Below, in pieces: positions 54,475 through 64,000 of a stretch of DNA of 64,000 nt; position 1 is the stretch's first letter, and each line of letters opens with the position of its first letter. This DNA comes from Octopus vulgaris (taxonomy: Eukaryota). The notes under the pieces are model-generated. The model had not been told where the DNA came from. It did not search any database and saw only the letters and a list, made by a program, of their open reading frames with translations. Position numbers and translations under genes: made by a program. Location of the stretch: positions 73,532,001-73,596,000 of the forward strand of contig OX597825.1 of the NCBI GenBank assembly GCA_951406725.2, in the 5' to 3' direction.

Positions 54475-54479
54475 TATAC

Positions 54480-54563
<84 letters not shown>

Positions 54564-54575
54564 ACATATATATAA

Positions 54576-54609
<34 letters not shown>

Positions 54610-54695
54610 GTACATTCATGCATGTGGAAAATGAAAATATAGGTATGGAAACAGGCATACTATAAAAATTAGAATAAATCCTTTGAAATGTATCT

Positions 54696-54732
<37 letters not shown>

Positions 54733-55039
54733 TGTGTATGTGTGTGTGTAACTATCTTTCTGTCTATCTCTCATCTACGTGTCTGTCTATCCGTCTATGT
54801 ATGTATGTATGTAACTGCCCCATGAGATTCAAAATTCAAATAGATGGCCAACAAAGGAACAAACAGAAAGTTCACACACGACATATGGATACACTTTTCC
54901 CCCCCCATCTTCTTTATCAGCCAAGATCATTACAATTTCACCCCTTTAATGATAAAGTCGTTCAGTTTTGGCTGTATCAATGGGAAATATATTGTTTTAA
55001 ATGTCTTTTCCTTATTTAAGTCAGTAGAAAAGCGATCAG

Positions 55040-55660
55040 TTTGTAGAATATTTAGCACATTAGACAAAATGCTTAGCAGCAGTCCTTCTGGCTCATTATG
55101 TTCTGAACTTAAATGCTGCCGAGGTTGACTTTGCCTTATGTACCTTCGGGGTTGATACATTAAGGACCAGTTGAGACAGGGGTTGATGTATGTGATTAAG
55201 GTGGTGAGCTGGCAGAAACGTTAGCACTCCAGGTGAAATGCATAGCTGTATTTCGTCTGCTGTTACGTTCTGAGTTCAAATTCCGCCGAGGTCAACTTTG
55301 CCTTTCATCCTTTTGGGGTCGATGAATTAAGTACCAGTTACGCACTGGGGTCGATATAATCGACTTAATCCATTTGTCTGTCTTTGTTTGTCCTCTCTGT
55401 GTTTAGCCCCTTGTGGGTAGTAAAGAAATAGGTATTTCGTCTGCCGTTACATTCTGAGTTCAAATTCCGCTGAGGTCAACTTTGCCTTTCATCTTTTTGG
55501 GGTCGATGAATTAAGTACCAGTTACGCACTGGGGTCGATATAATCGACTTAATCTGTCTGTCTGTCCTTGTTTGCCTCCTCTGTGTTTAGCTCCTTGTGG
55601 GTAGTAAAGAAATAGGTTGATGTATGTGACTAGCCCCTTCCTGCAAAATGTCATGCCTTC
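55040..55660 (+). mobile_element. Young dimeric family 2 SINE (55198-55614) nested in an older family 2 copy
   Basis: TSD GGTTGATGTATGTGA at 55181-55195 and 55615-55629. Confidence 0.8.
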
Positions 55661-55722
55661 TGCCTAGAGCACAAAGGACTATTTTAATTAGTATCCTCTC
55701 TCTCTCTCTCTCTCTCTCTCCC

Positions 55723-55758
<36 letters not shown>

Positions 55759-56141
55759 GGACAGGCACAAGCACCTACACATACATATACACACACAGCA
55801 GTAACTTCTGCCTTCCAGATTCCATCACAAAGTTTCGGTCGGCCCGGGGCTATAGCAGAATACACTTGCCCAAAGTGCCACGCGGTGGGACTGAACCTGA
55901 AACCCTGTAGCTGGGAAGCAAGCTTCCTAACCACACAGCCATGCCCGCACATAGGAGATAATCTGAGGAAGCGTTGGCTGTTGTTTCTAGAAAGCCAAAC
56001 AATGATTTAGCAGTTCCCATATTGCAGTGGTAGCAGCGGTAGTAGTAGCGGTAGTAGTAGTGGTAGTAGCAGCAACAGTAGCAGTAGTAGTAGTAGTAGT
56101 AGCGGTAGTAGTAGTGATTGTAGCAGTGGTAGTAGTAGTTA

Positions 56142-56193
<52 letters not shown>

Positions 56194-56919
56194 TATAGTA
56201 GTGGTAGTAGTGGTGGTTGTAGCAGTGGTAGTTATTGTCATGTAAGCAGAACTCCCACAAATAATACAGAATGATATTAAAAGCTGCATGAGTTCTCACA
56301 GACCTTATCAATGGCATTGATCTACAAAGCCATGTTCCATTGAACCAATTCTACACAATTTCACATCTCTCTTTCTCTCTCTCTCTCTCTCTCCCCTCTT
56401 GTCTCTTCTTTTCTGTCCATCCCTCTCTCTTCTCTCTCCCACTTTCTACTCTCTCTCTCTCTCTCTCTCTCTCTTCACTTCTCATTTCCAACTCCATTGA
56501 CAATACACAGAATTGCAAAGCAGAAAAAATATTGTATAACATCTGTTTGTTATTTTTTTTCCCTCTGTATATTTAAATATATTTATATTTTTTACAATAC
56601 AGTAATGCTGTCCATTATAGAAAAGTAAAAACTGAAAAAAAAAAAAAAAAAACTTTTCAAAACAAGATGGATGAAGACAAGTGAGGCAGATGAAAATAGC
56701 AACACAAACAGAATGCTATTTGAAAGTTTGAAAAGTTAAGCATTCCTATTATATAAGGTAGTATACGTTAGTACACTCTCGGAGTGGTTGGCATTAGGAA
56801 GGGCATCCAGCTGTAGGAACTCTGCCAGATCAAGATTGGAGCCTGGTGCAGCCATCTCGTTCGCCAGACCTCAGTAAAATCGTCCAACCCATGCTAGCAT
56901 GGAAAGCAGACGCTAAACA

Positions 56920-56953
<34 letters not shown>

Positions 56954-57919
56954 GCTGTAAAAGGGTGAATAAAGATTCAAAATTGCTGTTGAATAAGTGA
57001 ATCCATTGGTGCTGGTGCCACTGTAAAATGCCCCCCCCCCCCCTGTACATTGTGTAATGTAGCTGGGAAATGAGTGGAGATAATGTAGAGCCAAGAGAAT
57101 GTTTTGGTCCTGCTGATGATCTGACACAATCTCTAATGCTGGTGCCATGATAATATGTACACGGTACATACTGTTATGTGGTTGGTGCTTGTAAGAGCAG
57201 CCGAATGTAGGAATCAAGACATAAATGAAATGCGCATGTAAGACAAGGTCCTTGAACCCATTGGGTGTGTGGGTGGGGGGTCAAATAAGGGTGCAAAGTA
57301 GGGGTCAGGGAAGTGGAAGTTATCTTAAATAACTGACTCAGACCATGACAACCTATCCAACCCACGCTAGTATAGAAAAACGTTTGTAGGATGACAATGG
57401 TGATGACGATGATGATGACGACGATGATGATGATGATGATGACGATGGTGGAAACAATGACTGTAATGATGATGAACATTGTGTCACAACACACTCATTA
57501 GTTAATTAGCTAGTTACTTAATTAGTTAGTCATTAAATTAGGACTTGCCTTAAATCATTGGTTTACAGCTTATAGAGAGATAACAATAACGAACTGCCAA
57601 TAAATCACACGCAATCTCATCATCGTCATCGTCATCGTCATCATCATCATCATCAACATTGCAAATGTGGATGATTAAATCCAAAGCATAATTTAAATGA
57701 ATTATTACGTTAATCACATTAAAGCATTTTGGTGAGAGTTCTCCACCAAAATCTTAAGAGGGTGATTTTTTGTGCTAAAATCAAAAATATTATTGGACTG
57801 AGAACACTTTATTGCTCTTAAAAGCTCTGTCTGTCTGATTGTCTGCCTGTCTGACCGTCTGTTTGTCTGTCTGTCTGTCCGTCTGTATGTCAGTCTGTCT
57901 ACACACATATTCTTATCTT

Positions 57920-58300
57920 ATTCTTTTACTTGTTTCAGTCATTTGACGGTGGCCATGCTGGAGCACTGCCTTTAGTCGAACAAATCGACCCCAGGACTTA
58001 TTCTTTGTAAGACTAGTACTTATTTTGTCAGTCTCTTTTTCTGAATCGCTAAGTTACGGGGATGTAAACAAACCAGCATCGGTAGTCAAGTGATGGTGGT
58101 GGGGACAAACACAGACACACAAACACACAACACACACACACACATACACACACATGTACAACAGGCTTCTTTCAGTTTCCGTCTACCAAATCCACTCACA
58201 AGGCTTTGGTCGGCCTGTGGCCATAGTAGAGGACACTTGCTCAAGGAGCCACACAGAGGGTTTGAACAAAGCTACTTACCACACAGCCTCACCTGTGCCT
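57920..58300 (-). mobile_element. SINE family 1
   Basis: Matches 45709-46113 with an internal deletion in the head. Confidence 0.8.
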
Positions 58301-58591
58301 ATACACACACACACTCACACACACATGCATATATATATATATACATATATGGTGGAAATGGTAAGGCAGAAATCATTGATACAATAGTGTATAGTATATT
58401 TGGCAAAATGAATAAGAATGATTTTCCTGATAATATTTTCCACTTTAATGGCTCAATGTTTACAAATTGAATCGTTTTGATGTTTCAATATTTACAAACA
58501 TATGAATATGATTTGTAAACATCTAACAATTTGGAAACTAAATGTTTATAAAGTGCAAAATAATTATCACACAAGGCACTCTTATTAATTT

Positions 58592-58641
<50 letters not shown>

Positions 58642-58766
58642 TAATGTAAACTGCTAGGCACAATATAAGAACGTAAAGCAAAAATTTAATCATCACTAAT
58701 TATGACAGAGTGCTGAATATATATATATATAAATAAAAAGATATATATATATATATATAAATAAAA

Positions 58767-59582
<816 letters not shown>

Positions 59583-61294
59583 GCAGTAGCAATAACCACA
59601 TTCGAATGGTGCTTTTTTAAATGCTACCAGCACAGGGGCCACTCAGGTGGTACTGGCATCGACCATGCTCAAATGGTGCGCTTTTTATGTGCCACCAGCA
59701 TGTGGGCCAGTCAGTTGGCGCTAGCGACGACCACGTTCGAATAGTGTTTCTTACCTGCCACCAGCACAGGGGCCACTCAGACGGTACTGGCATCAACCAT
59801 GCTCGAATGGTGCTTTTTATGTGTCATTGGCATGGGAGCCAGTCAGGCGACACTAGCAACGACCCCACACGCACTGATTAAACACAAAGATATAACAAAA
59901 TTTAATGAAGCTGAGTCTGTTTCTAGGAGGCTTATAAAGATGTTCCCTTAACTGCAATATGGATTTACTGAATCATAATATTCATGGTTGAGTATTCCTC
60001 AGTCATGTATATCTGTAACATAATCCCTAGGCAGAATTTGTATACGACTAAGCTGGAGCTTAGAATTTCTGCTACATTCTATCTGATAGGCTTCAGTACT
60101 ATTTCTGCTGGCTTAGTTTCACTCACACGGCTCAGATTGACTCTCGGGTTATAGGACAATACACTTGTTCTACATGGTAGCAGGCGAGATTAAACCTGGA
60201 CCTTGTGATTGAAAGACAACTTCTTAACCATTTGGCAATGCTGCATCCAACAACCGCAAACACACACACACTGATGCACATGCACATACACACATGCACA
60301 TACACACATGCACATACACACACATACATGCACATGACAACACACACAAAGAAAGACAGAAATACATAAATACACACATATACACACATATACATACACA
60401 CATACACACACATACATACATGCACACATACATAGATATACATACATATATACATAATATTATATATTATAGACACACACACACATACACACACACACAC
60501 ATATATATGTATACATATACACAGATACATGCTATAAACACACGCATGCATATACTTTGTCATACCAATTGTCACACGCATACAATCCCATATACACACA
60601 TTATATATACACACTCACACAAATGAAGTGTTTATCAAAAACTGATGATTATTCGAGATTGTTGATAAAAAAACAAAAACAAACAAACAAAAAAAAGCAG
60701 AAGTTTCCCAGAATAATACGAGTAATTATTATTATTACAGGATTTATAAATTAATCTTTCAGAATATCTCAGATAATTACTTTAATCTCCAATTCTCAAA
60801 TTTGGCTTGACAAAAAAAAAAAGACAGAAAAAAGAATATATAAAAATGATAATGATGCTGATGATGGTGATAGTGATGATGATAATGATGATGATGATGA
60901 TGATTATGATGATGACGACGACAGCCATGATGATGATTTCCTTTATTGGGCAAAAAGGCTAAAGACATGGAGGACAATACGAAAGGGCAAGATACAAATC
61001 CCAGAATAAGTGGGAGTTTACATCGATTGAGGGGACACACTACAACATTGAAGGATTTAACAAAAGGTTGCATTTAAATAGAAATTAGAAAAATTAATAA
61101 TTAATAAATTGAGTCCCCAGAAGCAGGTTAGTCCACTTAGGGTCATTCAAGGTAAAAACCTCACACAAAAAGTCCCAGATTACTCTGCCATATCTAAGGC
61201 ATGGGAAAGTGCCCTCATCCAGTTTCTTTCCTCCTGCTTAGGAAAGCATACTCAGAGTAGATCCATTCAGTCTCACCAGTCTTGCCACTCTTAT

Positions 61295-61500
61295 TTCTTA
61301 TTTCTTTATTGTCCACAACGGACTAAACATAGAGGGGACAAACATCGACCCCAGTGCATAACTGGTACTTAATTTATCGACCCCTGAAAGCTGAAAGGCA
61401 AAGTCGACCTTGGCGGAATTTGAACTCAGAACGTAGTGACAAATGAAATACTGCTAAGCATTTCACCTGGCGTGCTAATGTTTCTGCCAGCCCACTGCCT
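61295..61500 (-). mobile_element. SINE family 2 with 15-bp TSD
   Basis: TCTTGCCACTCTTAT at 61280-61294 and 61501-61515. Confidence 0.8.
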
Positions 61501-63107
61501 TCTTGCCACTCTTATCCACCTTTTGGTAGACACAATAGAAAGCAGTACCTTCTTCTTGACCCTCACCTTCCTCTTCAAATGATATTTGAATGAGTTGATG
61601 AGAGCTTGACCAGATAGGAAGGTGCCTGTCTTCAGACCTTTCAGACAGGTCTACCACACAGCCTCTTTTACCCTAGTTACTATGCAGGGAAAGATCTGTC
61701 TTCGATCTCTACATAGCTCTTTGTCGGAGAAGGAAAAGGAGTAAAGGGGCAAATACAAAGAAGAATCTGATCTGGCAGAGTTTCTACAGCTGGATGTCCT
61801 TCCTAACGCCAACCACTCCGAGAGTGTAGCAGGTGCTTTTACATGCCGCAGTCAGGAGGTACTGGCAACAGCCATGCTCAAATGGTGCTTTTTATGTGCC
61901 ACCTGCACAGGAACCAGTCGAGTAGCACTGGCAACGACCTCACTCAAATGTTTTTTCACGTGCCACCAGCACAAGTGCCAGTAAGGCGACACAGGTAACT
62001 ATCATGCTCGAATGGTGATTTTTACATGATATATGTATGTATATATATGTATGTTTATATGTGTGTATATATATATATACATCATCACCGTTCATCACCG
62101 TTTAACATCCGTTTTCCATGCTAACATGGGTTGGGCAGTTCTACCGGGGTCTGGGAAGCCAGGAGGCTGCACCAGGCTCCAGTCTTATCTGGCAGTGTTT
62201 CTACAGCTGGATGCCCTTCCTAACGCCAACCACTCCGTGAGTGTAGTGGGTGCTTTTTACGTGCCACTGGCACAGGGGCCAGAGGAGGCTGGCAAACAGC
62301 CATGATCAGTTGGTGCTTTTATGTGTCACTGGTGGTGCTGGCATCGGCCACATTCGGATGGTACTTTTTACATGCCACCGGTACGGGTATCACAACTACA
62401 ATTTCCATTTGATTTTTATTTTGATGTTGATGTACTTGACTCAATAGGTCTCCCCAAGCATATGTATGTATATGTATGTAATGTATCCTTTTATAATGGT
62501 TTGTTTCAGCTCCATGCAAACTAAAGTGTCATAGGCTCAGAAAATGAATCCAAATTGTTGAGCACTGATACACACTTATAAATTTTCTTCCAGGTTTTTA
62601 TATAAGAAATCTCTGCACAGATATTGTCTCTTCTAATAATATATATTGTTAGTAAATTTTTATAAAGACAATGAATATTTTGGGTTGAAACTAAATACTA
62701 AAAATTTCCACCACCAGTGACAAAAAAAAAAAATGTAGAAAAACCTATAATTAATTCACATAAATTTTCACTTTTTTCCAATGTCTTTGTTTTTATTGTT
62801 TTATTGTTTTACTCTTGTATTTTTTTTTCTTATTTTCGTAATATTGTTTTGTCTGCTGAAGACATTTGAAAGTATCGTGTAAGACGTGTAAGACGATGTT
62901 CTATTGTTCAGTTCAGCAACAAGTCCGCACTTGATGATGGATATAGACAGTGGGTTGGGTGATAGTTGGCGGGGTGGTGGGGGTGGTGTGAGGTAAGGTG
63001 AGGGTGGAGGGTGGCAGATGAGGTGGATGGGCGGCAGGAGAGGAAGGCATGGTGGTAGCAGTTTTAATAATGTTTACTCCTCCTTCTCCTCCGCATCGTT
63101 GTCATTG

Positions 63108-63140
<33 letters not shown>

Positions 63141-63609
63141 CCATTGTCATCATCAGCAGTAAGTCAGCAGCTTCACGATTCCTCCTCGTATCTTCACCCT
63201 CCACCTCTTCTTCATCGTCACCATCATCATTATCATTGTCATCATCATCATCATCATCATCATCACCGTCATCACCATCGCCATTATTGTTGTCATCATC
63301 ATCGTCGCCATCATCATCATTTTAGTTGTCATCACCCCTCCCCCTCCCCTTTGTATCCTCTCCTCTAACTCTCTTCTTGCTTCTACTTTGGATAGATTAT
63401 GCAATGAAACAAGGTTGCCAGTGGAAGAGAAGTCTGGCAGTCAGGTACCTTTTGATGGACTTGACTATCTGTATGTGTGGGTGTGGGTGAGTGTGAGAGA
63501 GAGAGAGAGAGAAAGAGATGGAGAGAGATTTTCAGAATATGGAATATCAGAAATTAAGAAATTAGACACACACACATACACACAAATGCAATATATGTAA
63601 GTGTATGTA

Positions 63610-63663
<54 letters not shown>

Positions 63664-63664
<1 letters not shown>

Positions 63665-64000
63665 TCTTTTACTCTTTTACTTGTTTCATTCATTTGACTG
63701 TGGCCATGCTGGAGCACTGACTTTTAGTCAAGCAAATTGACCCCAGGACTTATTCTTTGTATGCCTGATACTCATTCTATCGGTCTCTTATGCCGAACCG
63801 CTAAGTTACATGGACATCAACACAGCAGCATTGTTTGTCTAGCGATGTTGGGGTGACAAACACAGACACACAAACATATGCACACACATACATATATACA
63901 TATATACAATGGACTTCTTTCAGTTTCCATCTACCAAATCCACTCACAAGGCTTTGGTCGGCCCGAGGCTATATAGTAGAAGACACTTGCCCAAGGTGCC
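63664..64000 (-). mobile_element. SINE family 1, cut by the window end
   Basis: Tail and body match 45709-46113. Confidence 0.82.

Overview
This is AT-rich, microsatellite-saturated animal DNA. The SINE/LINE repertoire points to an octopus or other coleoid cephalopod (inference). I can support only one host coding exon: a 413-nt minus-strand internal exon (49161-49573) of a small-conductance Ca2+-activated K+ channel (SK/KCNN, S3-S5), so the rest is most simply two very large introns. The introns hold several tRNA-derived SINE families and remnants of RTE, R4/Dong, HERO-like and Penelope retroelements. They also hold mariner and pogo/Tigger fragments, non-autonomous Helitrons and fold-back palindromes. 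The most interesting signal is a dense set of hammerhead-ribozyme (HHR) motifs from several unrelated short repeat families. These include a 340-bp tandem retrozyme-like pair with covarying helix I, a bidirectional HHR palindrome, an HHR with a SINE in its stem II loop, and motifs whose C3-G8 core pair reads A3-U8 or U3-A8. All structures were read by eye; no folding, alignment or database search was run, and most ORF-track entries are microsatellite artefacts.
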